Position numbers and translations under genes: made by a program. 64,000 bases of DNA from a virus. Below the pieces are notes generated by a model. It had not been told where the DNA came from. It did no database searches and worked only from the letters and a program-made list of their open reading frames with translations. Location of the stretch: positions 14,319 through 78,318 of IMG/VR virus record IMGVR_UViG_3300024978_000008; one strand, given 5' to 3'. Below, piece after piece: positions 29,201 through 38,675 of the stretch (within the stretch, counting starts at the first letter, position 1; each line of letters starts with the position of its first letter).

Positions 29201-32200
29201 ACATTCCCTGATGGTAATAGACGCCCGGCAGGGACTACACCATTAAAGATGTTGTTCCACATGAAACTTTTCCATTTTCTTGTTCCAGTAGTGTCTACAT
29301 AAACACTGTCCCACCATACAGGTTTATTATCATACCACTGTAGTTTCCATGGTTCTAAATGAGGAAATGGAGTATTAAAAACTTTTGTATAAAGTTCTTG
29401 ATAACTAGCAGCTATGTCATATGAAATATTACCAGTTAAAGGACTTACTGGAATAGGAGTAAATCCATAATTCCATGTAAACGGATCATTTTGTACATAA
29501 TCATTGTTTATTAACTGACTTGAAATATCATTTTTCATCGCCCATAACGAAAACTGACTATTATTTAATTCTCTATATGCTTCATTTGTGTTATTTTTAG
29601 TTAAATCGTAGATTAAAGAATCGTACACTGGAACCGCTTTATATAGTTGAGTTTCAATGTCTAAAATTATGTTAGCTAATACATTGTTTAAATCGATATG
29701 TTCCCAAATCGATGAAGAATTCAATCTATACAATTTTCGAGTCTTTGTCACAGTGTTTACTCTTATCAAAAGAGAACCTAATGATCCTAAGCTAAATGGA
29801 GTGCTATCTGAAGTCACTATTTGAGTAGGTATTCCAACATTTCTTAATGTGGAGAATATTTTTTGTTCTATCGACATTTGAAGCTTAACTTCTTGTATAT
29901 GTCCATCATGACATACTACAGAATTCAATTTTAGTTCACTATCATATAAAATGTATGGAACTACAGGTTTTAATAATCCGAAAAACGGTAGTGTTGCTAC
30001 CCAATTTTTAAATCCTATGTTAGTAGTTGAATTATAAGTTGTGCTATCTCCAAACCAATCATCAAATTTTGAATTTGATGTATATGAATTCTCAATAAAA
30101 GATGTAATTATTTTTTGCAACGATGTTAAATTTGAGACTGTTACATTTGTTGTTAATAAGCTAACAATATTTTTAATATAATCTTCTTGTATAAAATTAT
30201 ATCCATTCAAATATTGGTCATGTCCAAATTGAATAACTTGGAGTGGATTTGTATTATTCACCATAACAGAAGATATGGACAAATCTAATCCATTATTATG
30301 TTCTTTTATGGTTCCACCTAAACCATAATTTATATTATCATCTAGATAAGCTAAATTAGTTGTTGCAGTATTGATTAATCCCGGAACTTCTTGTTGAGAG
30401 ATAATCGTAGAAAAGTGATTCAATAATTCGGAATAGTTTATGTAATTTTCTAATCCATGATTAATGTTGTATATCCAAGAATTGGGTATATCCCATGATC
30501 CATCAGATAGAGTTTGAGGCACATATTGTTCGTTATGTAAACCGCGTTTCCAAATAGTTTGTAATGGATAGTTAGGCTGCGCAAAGTTTTTATAGCAATA
30601 TAATGTTTTGTTATCTGAATCAGATAACAATTGTGTAAATCCATAATCATTAGTCGAAGCATCATTTACTATTCGACGTAATAGATATAAGTTGACATTA
30701 TATGAAGGGTCTTCTCTAAATTTAAATATTTCATTTGCAAAATCTTTGGCTGTACCATCTACGTCATAGAGATTGAAAAATGGATAGAGATTTTGTAATG
30801 GCTTATCTTGTTCCATTTTTCTAATTCTGACAATGTTAACCAAATCATAAGATAGATTTGGATCAAGAGTTTGTTCAGATGTAACTAGTGGAATTGATCT
30901 TCTACCAATATCTTCTATGTCATATTCACCTAATTCTATTCTAATAATGTCAGATTTATTGATTATTACATCACTATCAAACGTTATCGAACCTACATAT
31001 TCTGGATAAACTAATGATCTATTGTCTGTGAATTTGCCATATTGTCTAATTTCGTTAATATAGACTCTAATGTCACCTTCTTGATAATCATCATACAACA
31101 CATATTGTTGCAATGATGGATCAAAAGTTATGGTAGTTCCTATGTTGCCATCTGTCAAATATGACATTGATTGCCACATTAACCCAACGTTAACTTCGAC
31201 ACTATTTACATGATCTACATAAGATTGGATGAAGATTTCAAGCATTGGATTTGGAGTAGGTTGTAAACTTGAAGCCTCAATATTTTTTGTTCCATAAAAC
31301 ATCCAATGTTTTTTAGAACCTAACCATAAATCTCCTTGAGACGTATATTGTGGGCCTATATTAGCTCCTACAGGTAAATCAAATGGATTTGTTATATTTT
31401 TAGTTAATGTTACATAAGTACAAAATTCTTCTGTTGGTGATGGTTGATGATAACTAACACTTTGTACTGTAACCAATCCATTGTTATTGGCGAATCCAGA
31501 TAATTTCAACCGTGATCCTACAGAAATATCTGCAACTAAATTACCAAATTTAGAATTAAATTTAATAGAATTTGATGTATTAAAAATAAATGCTGGTGAT
31601 GTAGTGCCATCCAATGTAGCATCGATTAATTCAAACAATGTAGGTTCAGTCTCCACTTCTTCATATAGATTTGAAGGAATATTTCTATATTTCCATTCAT
31701 ATGTGGCTAATGAAGTATCAGACAATTCTAAGAATGGATAAAATTCGATAATAGGTAATTGTGCGCGAACTTTTCCAGAAAAGTTTACAATTTCATTTTT
31801 ATGAATCCATTTATTTGATGCTGACCATGGATCATTTTGTTTTAACGATAATTTGTATCGTTGTTGAGTAGCATTAGTTAATAGTAATATTCCTTTGACT
31901 ACAGTAACCCATTCATAACCATTCCATTGATTTACTGTATCATTAACTGTGTTAATCCATACTTCGTTAATGAATGGAGCTGTTGGAGCCATATCATCCG
32001 ATATCGAAGCATATGATTGTGGTTTGGCGATAACATAATTTAAATTATCTTTTGTGAAAGTTCTAACATATGAATCAACAGCAATGAAATTTGATTGTAC
32101 ATTGATGATGCGATATGTTCCTGTGTTAGGACCATTGTTTATATGTAAAGTATCACCAGCAACTATTCCTAATGAAATAAAATCATAGGAATCATCGTAA

Positions 32201-33327
32201 ATACCATGATCACCAAGATGGCTATAGCCTGTTTCAGAAGATAACAATGAAACTTCATTGGCCCATATCAGATTACCGACATATGCATCATTCCAAGAAT
32301 TAATATATCTGACTTCTCTATCACCGTTTACTGCATTATATTCAGCTTCAGCTAATGTGGCTAATGGAATAGTAGATATTTGAGTCCAACCACCGGCATA
32401 ATCAATCGGTTGGTCTACTGTAATCGTTGATGTATTTGTTTGTGGATCATAAGTCGTATTAACTACTGAAAATAATGTATTGATAGATGTAGAATGATTT
32501 ATCGCAGAAAAGATATAATCAGGCGTGAATATTTGTGTTAAATCATTAGACAACGTAAATGAGTTGTCAGTATTTGTAGAAATAATAGGTATAGAAGCGT
32601 TATACATTGTTGTATAAGTTATTCCATCCATACTATTAACTAGGGATATTTCAGTTTTACCTGTTATAGAATCCAAAGATATAGAATCTATTTGATTAAT
32701 TTGGTAATTATTAGATGAGTCATGTAATATAACAAAATCATCAAGATCAAAAAATGGTAATTGATTACCTGTCAAATATAAATTGAACGGATCAATGATG
32801 TTTACATCGAATGATGTTTGTATTTGTGTAATCGCAAACTTATATTGATTACTACGTGATAATGCCCAATTCAATTCATTTTTAATAGTTATGTAATCTG
32901 GAATTTCATTGACATTTGACGTATTCCAATAATAATCTTGATAATTGATTAATTTGTCTATATCAATAGGTGGAGCATAGTTGAATTGGAGCATGTTACC
33001 CCATTCATTAAACTTGCTGATATCTACTCCCAATCGAGACAATCTTTGTAGATAATCAGGAAATGTTAGATATTCAGTCTCCGATCCCAATTTGGAATAA
33101 ACTACTGGTTGTAATTGGTTTTTTTGTGCGTATAACGAAGACTCAATAATTTGTTTAAGCGGACTTGTATAATCTGGAGAACCAATAATACCGACAATAT
33201 GATTATATTCATCTTTAGTCAAAAATCTATTAAATAAGTTGTTATTTAAATTCTTCAAAAATGAAGATTTATTTTGTTCTGGAATGAAGCTATTTAAATC
33301 AGTCCGTGGTTTGGTGTAGTCCGACAT
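23290..33327 (-). CDS. Giant (3345 aa) virion structural protein, probable baseplate wedge-associated, with about 260-aa Thr/Pro C-terminal tract
   Basis: Directly downstream of the gp6-like gene, exact TATAAATA at 33352-33359; N-terminal IDIDKLINYQDYYW motif. Confidence 0.7.
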   Translation of the reverse strand: MSDYTKPRTDLNSFIPEQNKSSFLKNLNNNLFNRFLTKDEYNHIVGIIGSPDYTSPLKQIIESSLYAQKNQLQPVVYSKLGSETEYLTFPDYLQRLSRLGVDISKFNEWGNMLQFNYAPPIDIDKLINYQDYYWNTSNVNEIPDYITIKNELNWALSRSNQYKFAITQIQTSFDVNIIDPFNLYLTGNQLPFFDLDDFVILHDSSNNYQINQIDSISLDSITGKTEISLVNSMDGITYTTMYNASIPIISTNTDNSFTLSNDLTQIFTPDYIFSAINHSTSINTLFSVVNTTYDPQTNTSTITVDQPIDYAGGWTQISTIPLATLAEAEYNAVNGDREVRYINSWNDAYVGNLIWANEVSLLSSETGYSHLGDHGIYDDSYDFISLGIVAGDTLHINNGPNTGTYRIINVQSNFIAVDSYVRTFTKDNLNYVIAKPQSYASISDDMAPTAPFINEVWINTVNDTVNQWNGYEWVTVVKGILLLTNATQQRYKLSLKQNDPWSASNKWIHKNEIVNFSGKVRAQLPIIEFYPFLELSDTSLATYEWKYRNIPSNLYEEVETEPTLFELIDATLDGTTSPAFIFNTSNSIKFNSKFGNLVADISVGSRLKLSGFANNNGLVTVQSVSYHQPSPTEEFCTYVTLTKNITNPFDLPVGANIGPQYTSQGDLWLGSKKHWMFYGTKNIEASSLQPTPNPMLEIFIQSYVDHVNSVEVNVGLMWQSMSYLTDGNIGTTITFDPSLQQYVLYDDYQEGDIRVYINEIRQYGKFTDNRSLVYPEYVGSITFDSDVIINKSDIIRIELGEYDIEDIGRRSIPLVTSEQTLDPNLSYDLVNIVRIRKMEQDKPLQNLYPFFNLYDVDGTAKDFANEIFKFREDPSYNVNLYLLRRIVNDASTNDYGFTQLLSDSDNKTLYCYKNFAQPNYPLQTIWKRGLHNEQYVPQTLSDGSWDIPNSWIYNINHGLENYINYSELLNHFSTIISQQEVPGLINTATTNLAYLDDNINYGLGGTIKEHNNGLDLSISSVMVNNTNPLQVIQFGHDQYLNGYNFIQEDYIKNIVSLLTTNVTVSNLTSLQKIITSFIENSYTSNSKFDDWFGDSTTYNSTTNIGFKNWVATLPFFGLLKPVVPYILYDSELKLNSVVCHDGHIQEVKLQMSIEQKIFSTLRNVGIPTQIVTSDSTPFSLGSLGSLLIRVNTVTKTRKLYRLNSSSIWEHIDLNNVLANIILDIETQLYKAVPVYDSLIYDLTKNNTNEAYRELNNSQFSLWAMKNDISSQLINNDYVQNDPFTWNYGFTPIPVSPLTGNISYDIAASYQELYTKVFNTPFPHLEPWKLQWYDNKPVWWDSVYVDTTGTRKWKSFMWNNIFNGVVPAGRLLPSGNVSTGINNQIDTVFTYLPINIENTPTSDGYESDALLPPYWNSANTSNSRIKPLYDANVNDVIVNPNIDYTFGDGNINEWEWKTSAQYWYDQMIISFKLDPIRFIYYTFNGNSLININCLNVDPTTKNVYSHKDVLFHGEIDDNGNVYSSNGLNQWYIHNNRYYGYDSDAAQFKSLWKDWDVKLGYLFEAYVDTPSFTITNQLFDMTNKDYQVDVKKTYGYNDFWFDSLYSTVLSAPSTYSKNRSLGIGWTTQFNTSSSINRDITYFPKENFSFRAVKNSNIFEIYAYDLVNAGIVTPTNQAIVSYSESLNLNYSTLYTGSSSYTATITLGITDVSLTLNATNASTIETAITTLNNQLNGEATFFLNDGNLYVQSENDITITDFGLFVTLYSNYTGITNNISTEYAFDKSFDLNGNLTDIFYEGATFTIEDSTQLNGTFTVKSVYYDITNSITKIFVNESLTVTIPTVDGIVRPLSRRTIPDTWTTGTEVYLTSDSVLSVPFDEYTPYYIIVIDDYTFSLTKNYDSAITNVGKITPLTNTISQQYVGRIQSTFTSLGGNVVDTAWRKHYSDTRQAITVPQPLYISNIQSMVDFIDGYSDYMESIGFSTKTKDLDNIEVSSGRMNSWQLEIEYFINWIYLLTVLNQQNDLTYRIKSDYANSRFVYIDDNISSVNTQVNISQQVVLIALDGAILPTPFDNPLKQYIPYYVIPSNDGKGFQLAYTSDDAKKGNYITFDNPGSGNMGFKIYRKLPILPKFMLNPYKKAVAINHPVGVLSDVLKNDRQDVLTNQKIYNQYGTSLTQSQLMVLRNDDNTQIGLTTEINNNNLTSSNPVYITGMHAFVDGYENIITFNDYSVANNLIYDPFLGLKTQRFYVEFNRQPTKTLRPNVGGFILYNNDLMQNFESSINDVRTLYDTYKVLESKPVIQEGRKSLGFTGRHSYMKDININAKSDFIFWRAMIKNKGTNLSIDAYTNQKIFNNADLDEFWVYKLGRFGDSKEKNYIELKMKRSDSTKSVMKVEFVNPDENALDDTYTSVALTDNTRWWDQPDVVDKMNPYLSFYLNARVANILYNQESHIQHLNGNYLLLLDGHYDGVIITYLDNTTGKTKTLTKSTDYVMLNSQIVKFVNDPTNLTNLTVSELTYNYNAHTPAVFVDKTEGRIVNQIAIWNPALNQHNQYAYSLMDIIDNVDPAVYTNDFINSADVNIWYKSRLNTVWMDTSKLAYIPYYDQYIFPSSNDRINNWGKLADYAQLNVNQWIESTVLPANYTQVYPNGGTPRQLLYKNVGTIDNPLWNPIEDEIFNILAALITTSTTVPFSGVVNMYRNGIFDLSMDLTQHTLNDYMYGALIPDQISKPLLSDNITVILPVYSPTAADISNLLYKYDTPYSVMSKVSETNGSLVPYYYFWVQNNTSIITNTTNYASSSLQAKKDLLNNPNPYMILSGLRYNDDGYGIIFGDIFDGVPYDLPVRYTQVAIKGLKGQVMDDNRYALRFIRDFTLRDKMPINGNIYDYSSVNPVKTPLALKNVHYEWKMFRKNQTDKIDIFLWEKLISALVGYPVVNNIIDTSKTIPSLDRILFDSLYDTDTQYGLGDEQIFVSPDLGLTTIQTILNDPNQNFINIDITSFLNTYNFSTVNNIIDAMYAIYESFNVVNVNYIYFATLNDAMTLRYNSPDFFKTSWVAIDIAQNVDTVSNYTPSIATVFPGGACDINENIIIPTQLPLPTPSPTPSITPTISVTISITPSVFPTHTPSYTPTMTVTPTMTMTTSPTPTTTATPTVTATITPTMTVTPTVTVTASPSPTVTATSTVTATITPTVTITPTMSPTITTTPTITATATPTITVTPSVTGSLGASTTPTPTPSVTASPTMTATPTITVTPTMTATITITPEATPTPTMTNTITPSITMSPTVTPTYTPTSTPPVTVTPEVTVTPTMTSTTTPPVTVTPTNTATVTPTITPTTTVTPTFTPTTTPAI
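23293..24060 (-). repeat. Low-complexity (T/V/I)TPT mucin-like coding tract
   Basis: TPTVTATITPTMTVTPT-type repeats with varied codons, so protein-level rather than DNA-level repetition. Confidence 0.9.
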
Positions 33328-33388
33328 AGAAACCGTTTATTGTTATATTGCTATTTATAATTTTGAATTATGAACATTTTTCACAATT

Positions 33389-36301
33389 TTAAAATTGTTT
33401 CAATATTGACGGATTCAACGAATCAACAATTTGTATGTTATTTACGCTAATAGACGGTTGAATAATTTCATCATCTTTTGCATATACTTGGAACATATCA
33501 CCAAAAACGTGAGATGAATATTTTGGCACTAATACCACCGAACTGATCTCGTTCGATAATGTTGAATGTATGTAAGATGCTAAATCAGTAAAATAAAATG
33601 TTTGACCAAATTCCCAACGATTTATATCAAAATACACGTTAATAGCATCTACAATAGCAGTTTTTATTTGATTATTAGTTAATGAATTATTTTGTGATCT
33701 TACTACAGCAAAATTAGCTTGTAAAGCATTATCTGCTTGAGGGCCAAATATAAGTTTTATGTTTCCGGGATGCAATATCAATTCATCTGAAATCATTTTG
33801 CTATTAATCAAATATGAATATGATGATTTTAAATCATAAGGTGTTGGTAATGTCGGCTCTATTGAAGATTGACCGGATAACCATTGTTTTAATGCAGTAT
33901 AATATCCGCGAGTAATAATGAAGGCATCGATTATATTAGATGGAGCAGGATCAACTAAATGATATGCTGGTGTTCTATGCATCCACAAGAAATTTAAGTT
34001 TTCTCTACCATTTTCTCTTTTCCACAAGCCAGTCCCTGCATCCTGATCTGCTGTGTAAGCTGCTAAGGTAGCTGCAGAATAAGGTACAAAAGTCCATTCA
34101 CATGCATCTGTGCATAATCTATTAAAATACACAAATGTGGTTGGTGTTATTATATAAGATAAAGTTACATAATCGGGAATACCATCGCCATTATCATCAC
34201 CGGGTAATAGTAGAATGTCATTAATGCTATCTAAGCCTTTATTAGCTCCCACTTCATAAACATATTGATTGGTTGCAATCAAATTATAATTACTTGTTAA
34301 GATGCCGTCGCCAGCTGCATTAATATTTGCAGCCAAAACAATAATATTATCGTAATTTCCATTTAGTGTATCATATGAAATGGTACGAGAACCTTTATTA
34401 GTTATCCAGAAATTTAATCCATCGCTATGAAGGATGATACGTTTAGCTAACAATTGTATATCCCAGAAATTGTCTGTCTGCAATTCCACACTAATCCAAT
34501 ATACAATCGGTGGAGTTAACGTAAATTGCCATGTACCCGATGGAACATCATAATTTAAATATAAAGTGTTAGGTGGTGAATTAATCATACTAGAAAGTAA
34601 TGATTTAAGAGTTGATGTTTCAGTAGGAGTGAACGTAGTTCTAACTGTGTTTGGGTTTACACCAGCCAATACCGAAGCTGTATAAAAATCATCTGTAGAT
34701 AATAATGGTTGAATATAATTCAATATTAATGCTGTTGTTAACGTATTATTGGTTTCGTAATCGGGCGATGGTAATGATCCCGGAGAAACAATTTTATCTG
34801 TGACATATGAATCAAAATAAATGACACCATCATCAGAGAACATTTTCACATTATCATAATATTCACGAGGATCATGCCATTCAGCATACTTCGAATCACC
34901 CGCAAAGGTTCTATTAATAGCTCTAAGTTTTAATATGCTATTATCTTGTAACATGAATTGGTTATAGTCGGGACCATTAACCATGCGATCTTGTGAATAG
35001 TAAGATGCTGGTGCAATACGTTGAATGTGTTCTATATCTTCTGATGGTGCCGAATTTTGTATAGAATCCAATAAGGATATGCTTACTGTCAAAGTTTGTT
35101 TAGAGTTTGTAATGTCAAAATATGACACGTTTATAGATATATTTTGAATAGCTGTAGTTGGAATTACCATATCTACATTAGCCGACGATCTAGACCAAAT
35201 TTCGAAAGTGCCTGAAGGAATATTCGCAAAGTTACCATCACCGAAGATGAGTCTAAATTGGTCTTTGTCTAATGTTTCAATTTCATATTTGTTACCATTG
35301 GTGTTGGTATTAAACATGATATTTTTACCATTAGTTACGTCTACTTGAATCCATTCACCAGAAGGATTAGATTGTGTACCCGATCCTACAACAACATTTC
35401 CATCAGCATCAATATTATTAACCCATACATCAGTGTTATTAGTGTTTTCTAACAATACATCAAAAGTCTGATTAGGTGTTACACCATCGAATGATGTTGT
35501 AGTGCGTTGCAATTGTCCCTGCTTTGTAAAAAAGAAGAATCCTGTATTGTCAGAAGAATCTCCCATACCATCTGATAAGTACAAAATGTTCATAGGAAGA
35601 TTTAACACTGGACGCATTTCCGAAGGTCCACTATCTTTGTTTAATTGGGCGCTCACCAATTCCATTGGATAAGTTTGTCCAGAGAATGTTATGTTATATG
35701 AAATTACATTATTTTTTAATGGTGCATTATCCATTTCATAAAGTTCAAATACAATGTCCTGTAATTGAATTCTGTCTGAGGGTAACACAGTACCAAAATC
35801 TTGACATAAAACTCTATTAAGAATCGTTATAAATTGATCTTTCCATTGAGAGTTATTTTGATCGTTCCAATAAACAATAGTATTAGTTAAATCATTGCCG
35901 TTGGAGTCATAACATAATTCAGTAGTTGATATAGACGTAATTTTTACTAAGCCGCGAGCGGGAATATTTCTAGAAGTGTTATAAGACAACATTTTAGCTA
36001 ATCGCAATACAGATTCTTTACGATCAGCTTGAGTGATAATATTTTCATGAGCGTTCATATCATAACGATATGCCAATAGTTCACCAATGTAGGCGAACAA
36101 TTCAATTATCATGATAAGCTCAGAAGATTCTATATAATCATTAAAATCTTCTTCAGGATAATAAAGTTTAAGATAATCAAGTAATGATTTTTTGATGGAT
36201 GAAAAGTCCCATGCAGTAAAATTAACCTGTTGAAAGGCTTGATAAGCCATTTGCCATGTTTCTGCACTGTTTATATTTGCTATTGCCATCAATATTCCCA
36301 A
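33389..36301 (-). CDS. gp6: Baseplate wedge protein (gp6-like)
   Basis: DFSSIKKSLLDYL, FNDYIESS, IELFAY, ENIITQA.RKESVLRLAKMLSY, YSQDRMVNGPDY. Confidence 0.85.
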   Translation of the reverse strand: MGILMAIANINSAETWQMAYQAFQQVNFTAWDFSSIKKSLLDYLKLYYPEEDFNDYIESSELIMIIELFAYIGELLAYRYDMNAHENIITQADRKESVLRLAKMLSYNTSRNIPARGLVKITSISTTELCYDSNGNDLTNTIVYWNDQNNSQWKDQFITILNRVLCQDFGTVLPSDRIQLQDIVFELYEMDNAPLKNNVISYNITFSGQTYPMELVSAQLNKDSGPSEMRPVLNLPMNILYLSDGMGDSSDNTGFFFFTKQGQLQRTTTSFDGVTPNQTFDVLLENTNNTDVWVNNIDADGNVVVGSGTQSNPSGEWIQVDVTNGKNIMFNTNTNGNKYEIETLDKDQFRLIFGDGNFANIPSGTFEIWSRSSANVDMVIPTTAIQNISINVSYFDITNSKQTLTVSISLLDSIQNSAPSEDIEHIQRIAPASYYSQDRMVNGPDYNQFMLQDNSILKLRAINRTFAGDSKYAEWHDPREYYDNVKMFSDDGVIYFDSYVTDKIVSPGSLPSPDYETNNTLTTALILNYIQPLLSTDDFYTASVLAGVNPNTVRTTFTPTETSTLKSLLSSMINSPPNTLYLNYDVPSGTWQFTLTPPIVYWISVELQTDNFWDIQLLAKRIILHSDGLNFWITNKGSRTISYDTLNGNYDNIIVLAANINAAGDGILTSNYNLIATNQYVYEVGANKGLDSINDILLLPGDDNGDGIPDYVTLSYIITPTTFVYFNRLCTDACEWTFVPYSAATLAAYTADQDAGTGLWKRENGRENLNFLWMHRTPAYHLVDPAPSNIIDAFIITRGYYTALKQWLSGQSSIEPTLPTPYDLKSSYSYLINSKMISDELILHPGNIKLIFGPQADNALQANFAVVRSQNNSLTNNQIKTAIVDAINVYFDINRWEFGQTFYFTDLASYIHSTLSNEISSVVLVPKYSSHVFGDMFQVYAKDDEIIQPSISVNNIQIVDSLNPSILKQF

Positions 36302-36316
36302 ATTTCTTTATATTTA

Positions 36317-36685
36317 TTAACTATTAAACGGTATATTAATACTTATTTGATCACTAAAATTCAAATAGATATAGAATACATTAGCGAAAGCCATAATAGT
36401 ATTCTGGTCATATAATGGTATAACTCTCAAATCTTGTAATTTAACTCGTGGATCATTATTAAAAACTGTTGTCAAATCTTCTTCAACAATGAACGTGGAG
36501 ATATCATCTAGAGGTTCAAATATTAGATCGGGAATGCGCGTGCCGTAAGTAGACATCATTACTCGTTCTCCACGTCTAGTATAGATATTATTCAACAAAT
36601 CCTGTTTAATTAAATTTACATTTTTTAATATCAAACTTTTGTTTTGTTGAAACTGTAATGTGGAAAGACCAACATAATTATCCAT
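36317..36685 (-). CDS. gp25: Baseplate wedge protein (gp25/GPW-like)
   Basis: IKQDLLNNIYTRRGERVMMSTYGTRIPDLIFEPLD...DPRV. Confidence 0.92.
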   Translation of the reverse strand: MDNYVGLSTLQFQQNKSLILKNVNLIKQDLLNNIYTRRGERVMMSTYGTRIPDLIFEPLDDISTFIVEEDLTTVFNNDPRVKLQDLRVIPLYDQNTIMAFANVFYIYLNFSDQISINIPFNS

Positions 36686-36716
36686 TATTAATTACCAAAT
36701 ATTCATTATTTATCGT

Positions 36717-38675
36717 TCATCGACGCCAGAATTGATTGCGTGTAATAGTATCTGTACCTTCTACTCTATTGATAGAATATGATCCGATGCCGCCATTGTC
36801 ATCTGTAAATTGTGGATTGTGTCCGGTATTGTAATTACATTCATCATTTTGAGTATTACTTCCCGCAGTATTTCCCATCATAGTCCGAGGCCATGGTTCA
36901 TGATCGGGTACACGATTAGTCCACGGTGCGCTACTAGCAGCAGATAAGCATGCTGTTGCTGGTACTACAGGCGCAGGAAATGCTCCTGTTGGGAAACTTG
37001 GCATTCCTGTTACTACTGAATTATTCACAACAATTTCACCGCCACTAGCTCCAAATAATATCGGATATTCGACATCCTTTGGAATCACAGTTTCTATTGT
37101 ATGCTTTGAAGGGAATATTGACAAATCCAATGGCATTGCAGCACTAGCTGGTGGAGAAATAACAACTGATGTTGAACTTGTAATTGCTATAGTTCCTACA
37201 GATGATATGCTTGTAATACCCATTGAATTTGATGTAAAATTACCTGTTGCAGTCATACTAATGTTAGATGTTGTAGTCAGGTTTATTCCATTTTCACCAT
37301 TTATGGAAGTATTTCCACTATATGAATGGATATCTATATTCCCATTAGATTCATAATGTGATGAATCTACTGACAACTCTGTTATCTTTCCAGATGCTGC
37401 TAGATTATAGTCACCGAATATCATGGTATTATAATCACCAGCATTTGATATCAAATTTATATCATTTTGAACTTGTGTAAAAGATGATCCTCCAATGCTT
37501 TCGCATTTATCTGTACCTATTTCGAATATCGTTTTCTCAAATGACAGCTCACGTATATTTTTTCCTACCAAATGCAGATCATCTGAAGATTGAATTCTTA
37601 CTTGCCCTATGGCTGGAGCACTAGACAATTCAGGATTATCATTAACTCCACCCGAATAAATGAAAACACCTTCACCACCGTTAATTCTTACTGTTTTAGA
37701 GGCTGTCAGATTTATATCCATATCTGATTTTAAAGATATTCTTCTTGCTGAATATGCATCAATATTACCTGATTTATCTAATTCAACCCAAGCATTTCCG
37801 GTATTTGTTCTAATGTATATTCTTTCATTTGTATCATCAAGAAGTATGACATGTCCCGTCGATGAACGTAATTTAACTTTATTATTAAATTGTCTGTCAT
37901 CCATGATTAATGATGCGAATCCGGGAGATGTTAATCCGAAAGTTTTATTAGTTTTAAATGGTATTCCGAAAGATGACCAATCATATCCATTGCTTCCAAC
38001 AATAGCTTTATTGAAAGAAAATTGTTGATTCTGTGCAATTTCTTTTTGTTGTTGATCCAAATAAGAAATTTTATCTGGTGTCGGTGGTTGATTCAAAGAT
38101 TTATCAACCGCAGTCATAGAATACTCGGCTTCTCTAGATTGCCATTCTGGTGATCCATTGTTGCCATTAAATGCCGTTTTAGAATTGCTGTATAATGGTT
38201 CTATGGGGTCGCCTGAAGAAGATAATGGTCCTTCTACCGTACCATCCGGTTTCCAATTATATCTGCCATTTCCTAATGTATGAGTTTCTTGTTGATCATA
38301 CATAGTTCCTATCCAGAATCTGCGACGCAAATCACCGTCTACACAACCCACAAGGACGTTTGCACCCATTTCAGGGATGGCCCAAAAACCATAAGATACG
38401 GAACCTGAAGTAGTCTCTCCTTGACGTTCAAACTTATCATTACAAACAGTTCCACCAAAAGGTGAGACATAAACTGCCCATGGCAATAAATGTATTTTAG
38501 CTGGATCATCTCCGTGTGCAGGACAAAATACTCGTAATCTACCATTTTGTAGAGGATCATCTGTATCAACTACAACGCCCGCTGTCAATGAAGTGGTTAC
38601 ATGGAAGTAATCACCTTTGTTATCCGTCGAATATCGTTTTTCTAATATATCTAATAATCTATCTTGATCCATCAT
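36717..38675 (-). CDS. Baseplate central spike (gp5/VgrG-like, OB-fold plus beta-helix, no lysozyme domain)
   Basis: GVVVDTDDPLQNGRLRVFCP, LPWA, GFWAIPEMGANVLV, SSTGHVILLDDT, beta-helix repeats, C-terminal RVPDHEPW. Confidence 0.85.
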   Translation of the reverse strand: MMDQDRLLDILEKRYSTDNKGDYFHVTTSLTAGVVVDTDDPLQNGRLRVFCPAHGDDPAKIHLLPWAVYVSPFGGTVCNDKFERQGETTSGSVSYGFWAIPEMGANVLVGCVDGDLRRRFWIGTMYDQQETHTLGNGRYNWKPDGTVEGPLSSSGDPIEPLYSNSKTAFNGNNGSPEWQSREAEYSMTAVDKSLNQPPTPDKISYLDQQQKEIAQNQQFSFNKAIVGSNGYDWSSFGIPFKTNKTFGLTSPGFASLIMDDRQFNNKVKLRSSTGHVILLDDTNERIYIRTNTGNAWVELDKSGNIDAYSARRISLKSDMDINLTASKTVRINGGEGVFIYSGGVNDNPELSSAPAIGQVRIQSSDDLHLVGKNIRELSFEKTIFEIGTDKCESIGGSSFTQVQNDINLISNAGDYNTMIFGDYNLAASGKITELSVDSSHYESNGNIDIHSYSGNTSINGENGINLTTTSNISMTATGNFTSNSMGITSISSVGTIAITSSTSVVISPPASAAMPLDLSIFPSKHTIETVIPKDVEYPILFGASGGEIVVNNSVVTGMPSFPTGAFPAPVVPATACLSAASSAPWTNRVPDHEPWPRTMMGNTAGSNTQNDECNYNTGHNPQFTDDNGGIGSYSINRVEGTDTITRNQFWRR

